Below are positions 52,376 to 64,000 of a stretch of 64,000 nucleotides of DNA, in pieces. This DNA is from Octopus vulgaris (taxonomy: Eukaryota), in assembly GCA_951406725.2 (NCBI GenBank), contig OX597815.1:119412001-119476000 (forward strand), in the 5' to 3' direction. The position numbers and the translations under genes were made by a program. The notes below the pieces were generated by a model. It made no database searches. It was given only the letters and a program-made list of their open reading frames with translations, and was not told the DNA's origin. Positions within the stretch are counted from its first letter, which is position 1; the number at the start of each line of letters is the position of its first letter.

Positions 52376-52591
52376 TGTTGACTGTTATCAGAGCTGCATT
52401 CTTTATGTTTGTTTGTTTGTGTGCACGTCATTAATCATGTGTATACACATATGCATGCATGTATGTATGTATGTATGTATATATGCATGTATGTATGTGT
52501 ATAGTGTACTGGTCCATGATGGTAGGATGAACAAAAAAATATACTCCATCTAATGAGAGATAAATATTATTAAATAAACACAGTATATATT

Positions 52592-52814
52592 GCACTTTTG
52601 TTACTATATTTTTTTTAAGATGCTCTGTATTTCTTTCAATTATTTTAAATATAACAAAGAATTTAGTAAAATATCTTAGTTCTCATTAAGCTAGTATTAG
52701 GAACATAAATTGTGACTAAGGTTTGGTGGAGGATTTTAATTCAGAACTTATGAAAACAAGACATTTGTACTACAGAGCCTGGGTCGTTTTCAGGCAGGTT
52801 AGTATAAAGGTTTA
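52592..52814. mobile_element. piggyBac-type MITE (same family as 43158-44340); supplies the spurious N-terminus of the 677-aa ORF
   Basis: CTTTTGTTACTATA start and GGTTAGTATAAAGGTTTA end are reverse complements of the 43158-44340 termini. Confidence 0.6.
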
Positions 52815-54756
52815 TGTGATGAAAGCAACTCAGATAGCATTTTATAACACATCTGGTGCCTTCATGCAATCATCAGGCTCTATGCAGCTAAGTGCTAACG
52901 ATTTCCAACATAAATTGAAAAAAGATATTAATCATATAAAAAGCTCCAAGAAAAAAGCACTTTTTTCGGATAAAACCAAGAACTTATACCTGGTAGATAA
53001 CAGCAAATACACACAACTCTTACACAACAGCATCATTAATAATTATACTAAGGCTAGGGCACAGACATATAACGAAATTAATAAAGAAGCTAGCGTCATC
53101 GCCGCTAAACTTAAATTAGATAAAAAAATAGAAGCCCTCCCCCAAAAAGAGGCCTTTATTACTATTAAAGATCACAAAGAAAACTTCCTTTCCAACCCTA
53201 AATGTAGGCTTATCAACCCAGCCAAGTCAGAACTAGGGATTATTAGCAAAGAAATTTTAGATAAAATAAATACGAAAATTAAGACCGATACTAGGCTAGT
53301 GCAATGGTCCAATAGTATAGAAGTCGTAGACTGGTTTAAAGCTATTAAGAATAAGAAAAAAGCGAGGTTTACACAATTCGATATTGTTGATTTTTATGCC
53401 TCTATCTCTAAAGAACTGCTAGATAAAGCCCTAATCTTCGCTAGTGACTTCATAGAAATTAGTACCAATGATAAGGACATAATCTTCCATGCTAGAAAGA
53501 CATTTCTTTTCAGTGAGAATGCAAAGTGGGTAAAAAACACCGACACGGAGGGCGCTTTCGATGTGAGCATGGGTTCATATGATGGGGCAGGCATCTGTGA
53601 TCTAATTGGACTCTTTCTCCTAGATACCTTCGGCAAGACATTCCCTAACGTACATTTCGCCATCTACAAAGATGATGCCCTCGCCTTAACAGCTAATACA
53701 AATGGACCAGCACAAGATCGTTTTAGGAAGGATATTATCCAGTTAATGAAACACTTCGGACTTAGTATAACTATAGACACTAACCTGACGGTTGTCAATT
53801 TCTTAGACGTTTCCTTAGATCTTAATAAAAATATTTATAAGCCTTATAGAAAGCCCAATGATAGACTAAGTTATATTAATGTAGGTTCATGCCATCCCCC
53901 TATAGTATTCAAAAATTTAGTTAAAAATATTAGTAAGAGGATTTCTAGCCTCTCATCTAATGAGGACATCTTCAATAGCGTTGCCCCAGTTTATAATAAA
54001 GCTTTAAAAGATAGTGGGTTTAGCGAAAAAATAAAATATACACCTATCACTAGCCCAACAGTAAGGAAAAGGAATAATAGAAATAGGGAGGTCATCTGGT
54101 TTACGCCCCCTTACTCACCCGAGGTGGCCTTCAATATAGGTAAATATTTCCTAGTACTGATAGATAGACATTTTCCAGTTAACCATACTTATAGGAAACT
54201 CTTCAATAGACACAATTTAAAAATTAGTTTTAGTTCAACTACCAATTTTAAAAACATAATCAAACATAACATACACAAAACACAAGAAGAGAACAGCTGT
54301 TCATGCAGAAATAAAGAATTGTGCCCGCTAAATGGAGCTTGCATGTCCAAGACCATCATATATGAAGCTACCGTAAACTCTATAACCACTAAAGACACCG
54401 TTTCGACGAAGAAATACGTGGGCCTTACAGAGGGTAATTTCAAGGCCAGGTTCAATAACCACACTTTGAGCTTTAGGCACTGGAACAAAAGAAAAGCGAC
54501 ACAATTATCCAATCATATTTGGTCTTTAAGAGATAAAGGTGTCGATTATAACATACAATGGAAGATTTTGGCCAGATGTAAGCCCTATACTAACAGCAGC
54601 GGAAGGTGCGGTTTATGCGACATGGAGAGATGGCTTATCTGGAAAAGCAGCTTAGACCCTACTACATGTCTAAATATAAGGACAGAGCTTTTCGGATCAT
54701 GCCCACATGTGACTAAATTTTTGTTACGTTTTTGGTCCCCTAAAGAAAATGGATAG
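52723..54756 (+). CDS. Penelope-like retroelement polyprotein (RT + C-terminal GIY-YIG endonuclease), Naiad type; element-derived part starts at about 52885
   Basis: SDKTKNLY, KCRLINP, FDIVDFYASI, MGSYDGA, IYKDD, FLDV, CSCx5CPLNGAC linker, IIY..YVGLT..FKARFNNH, CGLC..E, LNIRTELFGSCPH; no stops or frameshifts over about 620 codons. Confidence 0.95.
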   Translation: MVEDFNSELMKTRHLYYRAWVVFRQVSIKVYVMKATQIAFYNTSGAFMQSSGSMQLSANDFQHKLKKDINHIKSSKKKALFSDKTKNLYLVDNSKYTQLLHNSIINNYTKARAQTYNEINKEASVIAAKLKLDKKIEALPQKEAFITIKDHKENFLSNPKCRLINPAKSELGIISKEILDKINTKIKTDTRLVQWSNSIEVVDWFKAIKNKKKARFTQFDIVDFYASISKELLDKALIFASDFIEISTNDKDIIFHARKTFLFSENAKWVKNTDTEGAFDVSMGSYDGAGICDLIGLFLLDTFGKTFPNVHFAIYKDDALALTANTNGPAQDRFRKDIIQLMKHFGLSITIDTNLTVVNFLDVSLDLNKNIYKPYRKPNDRLSYINVGSCHPPIVFKNLVKNISKRISSLSSNEDIFNSVAPVYNKALKDSGFSEKIKYTPITSPTVRKRNNRNREVIWFTPPYSPEVAFNIGKYFLVLIDRHFPVNHTYRKLFNRHNLKISFSSTTNFKNIIKHNIHKTQEENSCSCRNKELCPLNGACMSKTIIYEATVNSITTKDTVSTKKYVGLTEGNFKARFNNHTLSFRHWNKRKATQLSNHIWSLRDKGVDYNIQWKILARCKPYTNSSGRCGLCDMERWLIWKSSLDPTTCLNIRTELFGSCPHVTKFLLRFWSPKENG

Positions 54757-55110
54757 AACATGCTTTCTGTGTTATGTCCTAAGAAGAATTTATATATTTT
54801 TATATATTTTTATATATTTTTATGTATTTTTATATAATTTTTATGACGAAAAATGCGAGCGATGTATAAGTACGCAGGCAAAGCAGAGTTATAATAGAGT
54901 AATTTCCCTTTCTTTTTTAACGGTATTTTTTCATAACGTTTTCAAATAGCCAGATAACCGAGAGATGGTGTTGTGGATTTCCACTTCGGCATCTGAAACT
55001 CAGAGTTTTATCTTGACTACCGAGTAATGTAACATATTGTATAGATAAATTTCCTCTATTTACATAATATTGAGGTCTCTTTCTTTCTTTTGTTATTTTG
55101 CCGTTTTATC
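52885..55110 (+). mobile_element. 5'-truncated Penelope-like element with 3' UTR/pLTR ending at (TA)n/(GATA)n
   Basis: The ORF above plus about 350 nt of 3' sequence containing a hammerhead-like fold at 54952-55013. Confidence 0.85.
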
Positions 55111-55151
55111 AATATATATAGATATAGATATATATATAGATATATATATTT

Positions 55152-55208
<57 letters not shown>

Positions 55209-55256
55209 CAGATAGATAGATATATACATATACATATACATATACATATATATATA

Positions 55257-55435
55257 GGGAGAATTCACAAAAAAAACAAAAGATGAAGACAGGTGGTGTA
55301 GACAACAAACAGATGTATTAGTTCAACGCTCGGGAAGTGAAAAAGTCTTTAACGTTTTGAGCCTATGCTCTTCCACAGAGAGGAACACAGAAAGAAACAA
55401 GACAAGAAAATAAAGAATGTGTAGCAGCTAGTGAG
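55257..55435 (-). mobile_element. Family H1 short element (hammerhead-like)
   Basis: Matches 51966-52160; abuts (TA)n. Confidence 0.8.
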
Positions 55436-55724
55436 TAGCAGATCTCTTCAGATCTGCTGCTACCTGCCTACCAAGACTTCACAAAAATAAAAGGGAGATA
55501 GAAAAAAGGAAAATGTCCCACCTATTTGAAAACTATGGAAATATTTTAAAAAAACATTTCATTTAACTTTTCTACAATTTAATTGTTCTTCATGTTTTAC
55601 TTTTTAAAAAGGTTGAAAAGATTGAAACTGGTACTAAAATGTTCTTTATGATAAAATTATTTTAGCATTTTCTACCTTGTCTTATTTTCCTCATAGATAT
55701 CAACTTGTGTGTTATTTTTCAATC

Positions 55725-55774
<50 letters not shown>

Positions 55775-56138
55775 AAGAGGATTTGAAAATGCAGATGAAA
55801 AGATGTCTATTGTCTTGACTGGGTTCACTTTTTTAAAAAAGATTTACAAAAGTAAAGTGCAAGGCTTTGTGTAGCCTTTGTAGTGTTAAAGATTAGTTAA
55901 CATAGATGTATTAAAATACAGTGATAGAGTCTTTGACAATAAGAAAATGTTAAGAAATAGAATCTTTGACAATGATAAGAAAATGTTAACAGAGGCTTAG
56001 TGTTTAAACAGTTTACATAAAAGTGCTCAACATAGGCAGTAAAATAAGTTCATAATTGTTTATAAGTTCATCAGAAATCATAATTTTAGGTGAACGACCA
56101 GCCTTTTTCTTCATTTCCAGTCTCTCTCTTTCTATCTA

Positions 56139-56191
<53 letters not shown>

Positions 56192-56448
56192 TATAAACAG
56201 TGATGCAGCTATTACAATTCACAACAGAACATGAGTAAAATGTGGAAGGGTGTGCCTCTCAGCTGGTGGTCTGAAAAGACATGTTAAGAGAGTGGCACCT
56301 GTTTCTCCTGCCAGCCAGCACAGCTGTGCAGTATGTAATAAAATGTGTGAAACTTGGGTGGGCTTAAAAGTTATATGAGGACATCACATGGCATCAATAA
56401 TGAATCATTTCAGTAAGTCTTTTGGCAATGGCTTTTCTTATGCAACTA

Positions 56449-56491
<43 letters not shown>

Positions 56492-56492
56492 T

Positions 56493-57190
56493 ACTGGGTC
56501 TTGCAGATAAATTGAGACCAATTTTAGGCAGTTAACTTAGTGGGTTTAACATTTCATTTTTTTACAAAACTTTGCTTGCTTGAAAATCTAATCCTCCTCT
56601 TTATTTTTCAGGTAAATAGCAAACTGATTTAACAACAGAAAGTCATGAAACAACAGAATCATTCCACCATTGCTGTTTTAGTGCACACCAGGCACACTGC
56701 CAATAAACTTGTTAATTTGACAAAACTTCCAAAAGCAACAGTTTATCGTGTGTATAAACAATTTAAAGGAGAGGGAAAGATTAATAGGAAAGAACACAAG
56801 ACTTGAAGTGATTCCAAGCACAATCCAAAATTTCTTGCTGGCTTCAAATGCTCAACTGAAGCCAACCCATCTACATTCATGACAGCTCTTTCAAAGAAAC
56901 ACAATGTGTCCCTTTCCACGGTGTCCAGAGCTGTGAACAGCAATCTTGGTATCACTAGTTATGTTCGATGACACCGTCACCTTCTGACAGCCAAGGCCAA
57001 AGCAATCAGAGCTGAAAGATACCCAAAGCTTCTATCATTCATCAAACATCAAGGTGCAGAAAAAACTCTTGTGTTTAAAGACGAGAAGTTAATTGTGGAC
57101 GCTGAGGTGAATTGCAGAAATTCTCGAGTGATTGCATACAACTCTTCTGACATCCCTCCCCCACCCATGTTTGAAACTAAGAAGCCTTCC
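56493..57190 (+). pseudogene. Tc1/mariner-superfamily DD37D (maT-like) transposon, 5' half
   Basis: From ATG 56645: KATVYRVYKQF (HTH), NPST..LSKKHNVSLSTVSRAV, HLLT, LVFKDEK..VD..VNCRNSR (compare FSDEKxFxV..NxQNxR); two in-frame stops; inserted after (TA)n. Confidence 0.8.
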
Positions 57191-59206
57191 TGAGCTATAC
57201 AGTTCATAAAGCTGTTTTCCTGGATTCTGTGGTATACATATATTCTCCCCTGGATGGGGTGCGGTCCTTCATAAGATTACTTGTTTTTGCAAGCTGAGTG
57301 GACTGGAACGACATGAAATTTTCCCTTTTGCTTATGAACACAATGCATCACCTGGTCCAGAAATTGAAACCACAGATGTATAGCTGAGTAATTAAACCTT
57401 ATCATTGTTTCATACAGATACCACACTGAAAATCACAACCTCACCTAAGATTTGGTTGTATTGTTTCCAATATTCATACTCACACAACTGGTATAATCTT
57501 TAACTTTTTATGTAAGTAAGTTCTGAGCAACAACCTCAGTAGCAAAGATGACACCATAGCTATTCAATACTCATTTATAAAGATGATCATCAGAAGTAAC
57601 CAGTTTTGTCATGAAGTTTGAGAGTTTCTGATCCTCAGGGTCATCCAAATACGGTTTAAGTAGGTAAAGGCATTGTTTTTAAGTCTATTTATTTAGTACA
57701 AAATGCAACCATTTCATTCTACTTCTCAAAGTTTCCTTGCAGCAAAATCTTGTATATAGCTTGGGTACACAAAGTGACAAAGCTACCATCTGTTTATAAT
57801 ATTTAATTTAAATACATTGTGATAGACAAATTTACAGCAGTATATGTCTGGAGATAATATCTCATACAGATGTACTGAATTTAAAAACACAATATATATA
57901 TATATAGTTAATCCAAACAAGAAAGCACAAAAAAACACAACAATGCGAGGACATGGAACAAATATAGTATTATTGAGCATAGGCAGATGAAAATTGTTCT
58001 AGCAGTCACTGGTGCAAACCAGGATGATTTTTCCTCAGCCTCTGATATATGTTGCATTTTTTAACACAGAACATCCATAAATACCACTATCTCTGGGCAA
58101 ATACCACAGTAAGTTTATCTTTTGCAGTTTACTTACATTAAGTATGATACACAGATAGTCATTGTAAACTTATACTGCTTCAGTTGTATATAAGAGATTA
58201 TCAAAAAACTTTATTGTTTTTTTTTAAACCCTAGGTTAATCCCCAATCAAGCAGATTGAGAAACAAAAGCAGTTGTGCTTTGAACACTTCATATTTTTGT
58301 ATTTCTAGTACTACACTATCCAATGCATCCTTCCTTTTTAAGATGCTAGGGGCTGATTTAAGTGAGATTTAGTTGCTATTTCTAGTTAGTTGAGAGACTA
58401 CCAAAAGGCCCCTTTTTGAAAGTGTTTAGTTGCTATGAAGAAACATCAGATGAAACAAATGATGGACCACCTGTTGTTGGTGAGTGACTCTAGGATTTCA
58501 GAGAAGTAATTCCTTTATCAAGATGTTTAAAAAACAACACAAAGATCACCAGACGATCAAATAGAAAATGTGGGCTTCATTCTGTCTAGTTTTGAAAGCT
58601 AAAAATTAAAAAAAAAAGACCCATTGGCCATTAATTCCACATATCTAAATTCAGCTATAAATACTTTGTGAATTTTAGTAACATAGTATTATCCAAAATA
58701 TTACTATGTTCATTATGGTCACTTACGTAAAGCTATAGAATTTGAAGAAATAGGAATTTCTCTCGTTTTTCATTATCAATTTTATGAGACAATTCTAAAT
58801 GGAAATCCAAACAAAATTTCAATATGTATGTGACTATGTGAATCTAAGAGTGTGTATGCCACAAATGATTGCTGCGCACAATGGTTCTATCATTATGTGA
58901 AAGTGCATGGCCTCATGGTTAGGGTTCAACACACGATCATGATGTTGTGGGTTCAATTCCTGAACTGGTTTGCAGATTATGTTCTTGAGCAAGGCACTTC
59001 ATTTCATGTTGCTCTAGTGTACTCAGCTGTGATGACTACCAGCTGGGTGCTGGCATGACCCTGTCTCTCTCTCTGCTATCATATCCTTGATGTTCTGTTG
59101 AGTTATTTTGAGTTAAAAACAATCTGATATTTCATCATATACTCATCTACTCAGTATCCTATCTATAATTCGGTTGCATTAGATGCATGGCAACTTTTTC
59201 CTACAT

Positions 59207-59446
59207 TTAACCCTTTAATATTCAGTCAAATGTACTCTGTCAAATGTAATGCTTATTTATTAAATTTTCTTTTTGTTAACAATTAAATTTTCATTATCTC
59301 TTAGCTTTGATATTTCGATGGTGTGATCATTTATTTTTACAACAACATTATAGGGAAGCTGTAAGAAGCCAGATCTGGCTGGTTTGATTGTAAAACAGGG
59401 TGAATACCTGGGCTGGATATGGTCAGTTTAAAAGCTAAAGGGTTAA
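59207..59446. mobile_element. piggyBac-type MITE
   Basis: TTAA-CCCTTTA ... TAAAGGG-TTAA. Confidence 0.8.
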
Positions 59447-60104
59447 GAATACAGAAAGCACATCTAGTATGTATGTCAGCATATATGTCAATGTTTCCTT
59501 TGATACTTTCTTATTCTGAAATATACCATAAAGAAGTCCATTACTAACATAACAGTCATGTCTCAATATCTGATAAAAGATAGCAATCTCAAGGAATTTT
59601 ACCGTTTCCCACTTCACTATGAATGCTATCTAGCTCAAGAAATTGTCCATTGTACACAAAAAAAAAAATGACTGTGACTAGCGACTTTTATTGGAAACTA
59701 CACAGACATATTTTTTATTGGTGTAATTTGATTTTCTCATGAGCTGAAGAAGTGTTGAATCCTGAGAATATTTGAAAACAATACATAAATAAATAGTACA
59801 GTGATAATTGAAGAATATTTCTCAAGGGACTGATAAAACAAAGGAAATAAATTATCAAGAGGAAAAAAAATCAATACATGGTAAATAATTAGTAGGGTGT
59901 ATTTTAAGTTGTAAGAGCTGGTAAGACTCTGCATAACCTTAAATATATTATTCTGTCTTAACCTTAGTAGTGGACTTGCTCAATTTCAAACTTCATTTCT
60001 GACATTAACCTGCTTGCTTAAGAATAAAAGAGAAAGTGGGGGTAAATACAAAGAAAAATGATTGGTTGTGAGAAAGGGAAAGAAACATTGTGAATATAAG
60101 TGCA

Positions 60105-60485
60105 AGAACGGCTGTGTAGTTATAAGTAGCTTGCTTTGCAAACAACATGATTGTGAGTTCAGTCCCACTGCATGGCGTCTTGGGCAAGAACCTTTTACTA
60201 CAACTCTGGGCCAACCAATGTCTTGTGAAGGAATTTGGTAGATGAGAACTGTGTTGAAGCCCATCCTATGTGTGCGTGTGTTTGTCTCCCATCACTGCTT
60301 AACAGCTGGTGTTGGTTTGTTTACATCCCTGTTACTTATAGGTTTGGCATAAGAGACCGATAGAATAAATTCCAAACTCTAAAAAGAAAAATTAAGTCCT
60401 GGACTCAACTTGTTCACTTAAATCCTTCAAAGTGGTGCTCCAGCATGGCCGCAGTCCAATGACTGAAGTAAAAGATAAAAGGTAA
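60105..60485 (+). mobile_element. SINE family 1, diverged
   Basis: Homology to 42740-43155. Confidence 0.75.
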
Positions 60486-61719
60486 GCAAAAAAAAAAAAA
60501 TTTAAGATAGATGAAAGAATTTAGTGAATTTAATATGGTGAATTTAACCTAATATTTAATATAGTCAGATAAAAAGAAGTGTAAAAAATGGTGAAAGAAT
60601 GAAATTGAGAACTCTTTTTTTAAAAATAGAATGGGAACAACAATGTGATTTGTTGTGATAGATCTAAATTCCTTATTGATGTATAAAAGGTTTTTCTCTT
60701 GTATTATCCTAACTATTTGCCCATAGTCAAACAACTTCTCTCCTTTCTCGACTAAGTTGATTATAGGTTAAATGAACCAAATAACTTATTTTTAAACTTT
60801 ATTCTCATAAATCAATGAGGTTAGTAAGAAGACAACAGAGTATCACTGTTTTTATTGTTGTTATCATTGTCATTTCCTTCTCTCATCAAAGACAATGGAA
60901 GACATTGCACAAGTGCACTTGCTGCAGCTCCTGTCAGATGTCTTCTGTGAATTGTGTTAATGCTATTTACAGTCTTTCAAAATTATTTTCTACTCTCATA
61001 AACAATAATCTGAAATCCTCAAATAACCTTGTTGTTCAGATGAAAACACAACATCTTAATAATGAAAGATAATCCATTACACTGTAGTTTTGTTTGTACT
61101 GGTTTCATCATTTTTACATCTGATTTCGTAAATGTCTACATCATATGACAAATACCATATTTGATGAAATAAAAGACACCTCTGCATATTAGATGCATCC
61201 CAATTTCAGCAGCACATATTCAGGAACAACAGTTTTTAGTGCATTAAAGCATGTAACATTTTAAGCAATCTAGCAGAGCAGTACATTATAAAACATTAAA
61301 AGAGATCCTTAGCTCTAGCAGTAAACATTATATAAAAAGTAAGTTATTAATATAGCTGAACAAATCGGGTTAGGGAGAAGGAACCATTTGGATTAAGATA
61401 ATTTGAGAAGGAACTATTTGAATTAAAGTAGTGAGAATCAGGAACAAAATTAGCTTAAGTGGGGCTCAACTTTGGGGTGATTCTTTGAGACATATTTTTG
61501 GGAAAAAAAGAGCATTGTATATACCATCATATACAATAATTATGATATATTTATTTAAGGTGTGTTGCATTCTAAGTTAGAACAGAATCCTCATCCATAG
61601 AGCTATATACTGGGAAATATTTCAAATTGAACTGAGATACTATGGGGACGATAAAAAATATTTAAATTTTGACCCCCTTGTTTTCCTCAACACTTTGGAA
61701 TTAGTACCAGGATTTACAT

Positions 61720-62240
61720 CAATGGTTCTCAACCAAGGTCCATATTAGATTTTATTGTTAAAATCTATGTACAATAAATTGGTTATACTTCTAAAGTACA
61801 CAAAATATTTTAATTATTTTTATACAATTCCTAATAGTATTTGATTATAAAAATATAATAAGATTCTTTTATAAAGGAGCACTCCATTGGTTACAATGAC
61901 AAGGGTCCCAGCTGATATAATCAACAGAACAGCTTGCTCATGAAATTAACATGCAAGTGATTGAAAATTCCACGGACATGTGTGCCCTTAACGCAGTTCT
62001 CAGGGAGGTTCAGCGTGACAAAGCTGACCCTTTGAAATACAAGTACTACTCATTTTTGCCAGCTGAGTGGACTGGAGCAACGTAAAATTAAAGTGTCTTG
62101 CCCAAGGACACAACGTGTCACTGGGAATTGAACTCACAATCTTTATATATATATGTATATATACAGTGAATGGGTATAGAGGTCCAGTAGAGTAAAATAG
62201 GAATTAAAGGGGCCCATAGGCAAAAATGGTTGAGAAGATG
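61720..62240. mobile_element. hAT-type MITE with a SINE nested at about 61875-62145
   Basis: CAATGGTTCTCAACC / GGTTGAGAAGATG; interior matches 39980-40233. Confidence 0.7.
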
Positions 62241-62385
62241 AAGCAATCAGCCACTGACTTCTAAAAATCATCTCAATCCAAAATTCATCTCTGTGGAGCA
62301 ACTTAGCAAATCCACAGAGATTGTTATCCTGGGTGCAAACTTTTAAAAAGGAAAATGACATAGTAATAATAAATAAAAGCAAAAA

Positions 62386-62609
62386 AATGCTTATCTCATC
62401 TCAGGTGTTGGCAACCTATACTCTATCACTGCCATACCGAGCAATGAATTTTGAATAAAGAAGCCTTCACCAGCTTAATGATGATCATTAGTTATTTTAC
62501 TAAATTCTTCATCAAATATGGTAATGAAAGGCTTCTTTATCCAAGATTCATTGCTCGGTATGGCAGCGGCAGAATATAAGTTGCCAACACTTGACGTGAG
62601 ACAAGTATT
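62386..62609. repeat. Inverted repeat, arms of about 84 bp with a 55-nt spacer
   Basis: GTGTTGGCAAC..CTGCCATACCGAGCAATGAAT..ATAAAGAAGCCTT pairs with 62525-62609. Confidence 0.95.
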
Positions 62610-62624
62610 ACAAGGAGAGCATGC

Positions 62625-63205
62625 CTAACCCGTGGCCTATGCCAAGGGTGTAACCAGCCCACTTATGTGTACTTTCCTTCATTGGACACTAAACTCTGCT
62701 TGCGAAGACCTGTTGAGGGAACTGAAATCGAAATCGAAATCAAATTCGATGATTGGCATTCATGCTAGTGGAGGGCTAAGAGCACCATCCGAGTGTGATC
62801 ATTGCCAGAGCAGCAAACTGGCTTCCATGCCGGTGGCATGTAAAAAGCATCATTCAAGTGTGATCGTTACCAGCGTCGCCTTACTGGCATGTGAAAAAAT
62901 ATTCGAGCGAGGTTGTTGCCAGTGCCACTGGACTGGCTCCTGTGCAGGTGGCATGTAAAAAAACACCATTTGAGCATGGCTATTGCCAGTACCGCCTGAC
63001 TGGCCCTTGTGCCGGTGACATGTAAAAGCACCTACTACACTCTTGGAGTGGTTGGCGTTAGGAAGGGAATCCTGCCGTAGAAACTCCGCCAGATCAAGAT
63101 TGGAGCCTGGTACAACCATCTGGTTCGCCAGTCCTCAGTCAAATCATCCAACCCATGCCAGCATTGAAAGCGGACGTTAATCGATGATGATGATGATGAT
63201 GATGA
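62625..63205 (+). mobile_element. RTE-tail family copy
   Basis: Ends GCGGACGTTAATC(GAT)n. Confidence 0.85.
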
Positions 63206-63239
63206 ATGATATATATACATGAGTATGTGTGTGTGTGTA

Positions 63240-63470
63240 CCATCCTGGTAACCAACTACTTGACAGAGATGGGTGTCAAAACTGTCCCTCACCACCCTCC
63301 ACCACAGTCCAGACTTTGCTCTCTGTGACGTCTGGTTGTTTCCCAAACTACAAGAGGCTTGACAACAATCCTGGGCACCTTCACTTTAGAGGACTTTCAT
63401 GTGACCTTCACAATGTAGCTGGAGCCCTACAACAAGTAAGAGAATCCTACTTTGAAGGAGGTTAGAGATT
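63240..63470 (+). pseudogene. mariner transposase catalytic fragment
   Basis: VTNYLTEMGVKTVPH..SPDFALCDVWLFPKL (YSPDLAPCDFWLFPKL) ... SYFEG. Confidence 0.8.
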
Positions 63471-64000
63471 TGTACTTCTTTGAAGTGTGTGTGTGTGTCA
63501 TCATCATCATTTAGCATCTGCTTTCCATGCTGGCATGGGTTAGATGATTTAACTGGAACTGGTAAACCAGAGAGCTGCACCAAGTTCTAAACTGATTTGG
63601 CATGGTTTCTATGGCTGGATGCCCTTCCTAATGCCAAATACTCCAGGAGTGTAATGGGTGCTTTTTTACGTGCCACTGGCATGATGTAAAGTTCTGTTTA
63701 AAGACATAATCAATGAAGAGAGATTTCTCCATACCAAATTAGGATTAAATTATATTAAACAGAACAAGACTTAAAATGAACTGAAAGTAAGTGTGACTGT
63801 TTAAGCAATGTCAGAATATTTTATGAAAATTGAAAGTCTTGGATTATTTGCAACAAATAGAAAATAAAATGTCCTTTTTCTTGAAATAAAATTAAAGAAA
63901 CTTTCAAACAAAACATTTACATATATATATATATATTTTTTAAATATTTATTATTTCTTCCAATTCTTTTTTTTTTTTTACATGGCAGCATGAAAGAAAG

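Noticed and set aside
52723-52884. N-terminus of the 677-aa ORF as part of the retroelement protein
   Set aside because: Overlaps a piggyBac-type MITE and flanking DNA; element-like residues start near NDFQHKL
53394-54512. Antisense ORFs within the Penelope-like ORF (and 27061-27351 within the Dong-like ORF)
   Set aside because: Shadow frames of real coding sequence with no motifs
51966-55435. The flanking 190-bp direct repeats as true LTRs or pLTRs of the Penelope-like element
   Set aside because: They are antisense to the ORF, separated from it by unrelated repeats, and occur elsewhere in the window without it

Overview
AT-rich, microsatellite-dense eukaryotic DNA. Its repeat content (tRNA-derived SINE families, RTE LINE tails ending in (GAT)n, long (TA)n/(CA)n/(TATG)n tracts) is consistent with a coleoid cephalopod such as an octopus; the taxon is an inference. 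There are no prokaryotic features and no CRISPR array, and no host gene can be recognised with confidence (only two weak candidate minus-strand exons). Nearly all short ORFs in the track are microsatellite or SINE read-through. The real coding signal is transposon-derived: (1) a 5'-truncated but otherwise uninterrupted Penelope-like RT + GIY-YIG ORF of Naiad type (52.9-54.8 kb); (2) the C-terminus of an R4/Dong-like REL-endonuclease LINE with an inverted 3' end, inside (TAA)n (26.5-27.6 kb); (3) a fossil Gypsy pol split by nested insertions (38.1-41.1 kb); (4) fragments of RTE, CR1/L2-like, Tc1, mariner, DD37D/maT and hAT elements, plus Helitron, Helentron-type and piggyBac-type non-autonomous elements. 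The most notable pattern is a set of at least four unrelated short elements embedded in (TA)n tracts that carry minimal hammerhead-ribozyme-like folds. One four-copy family appears to have a non-canonical CUGUNGA core, and two of its copies flank the Penelope-like element. Several long inverted repeats and a 62-bp higher-order tandem array in an RTE tail are also present. Coordinates of degenerate repeats are approximate and were read by eye.
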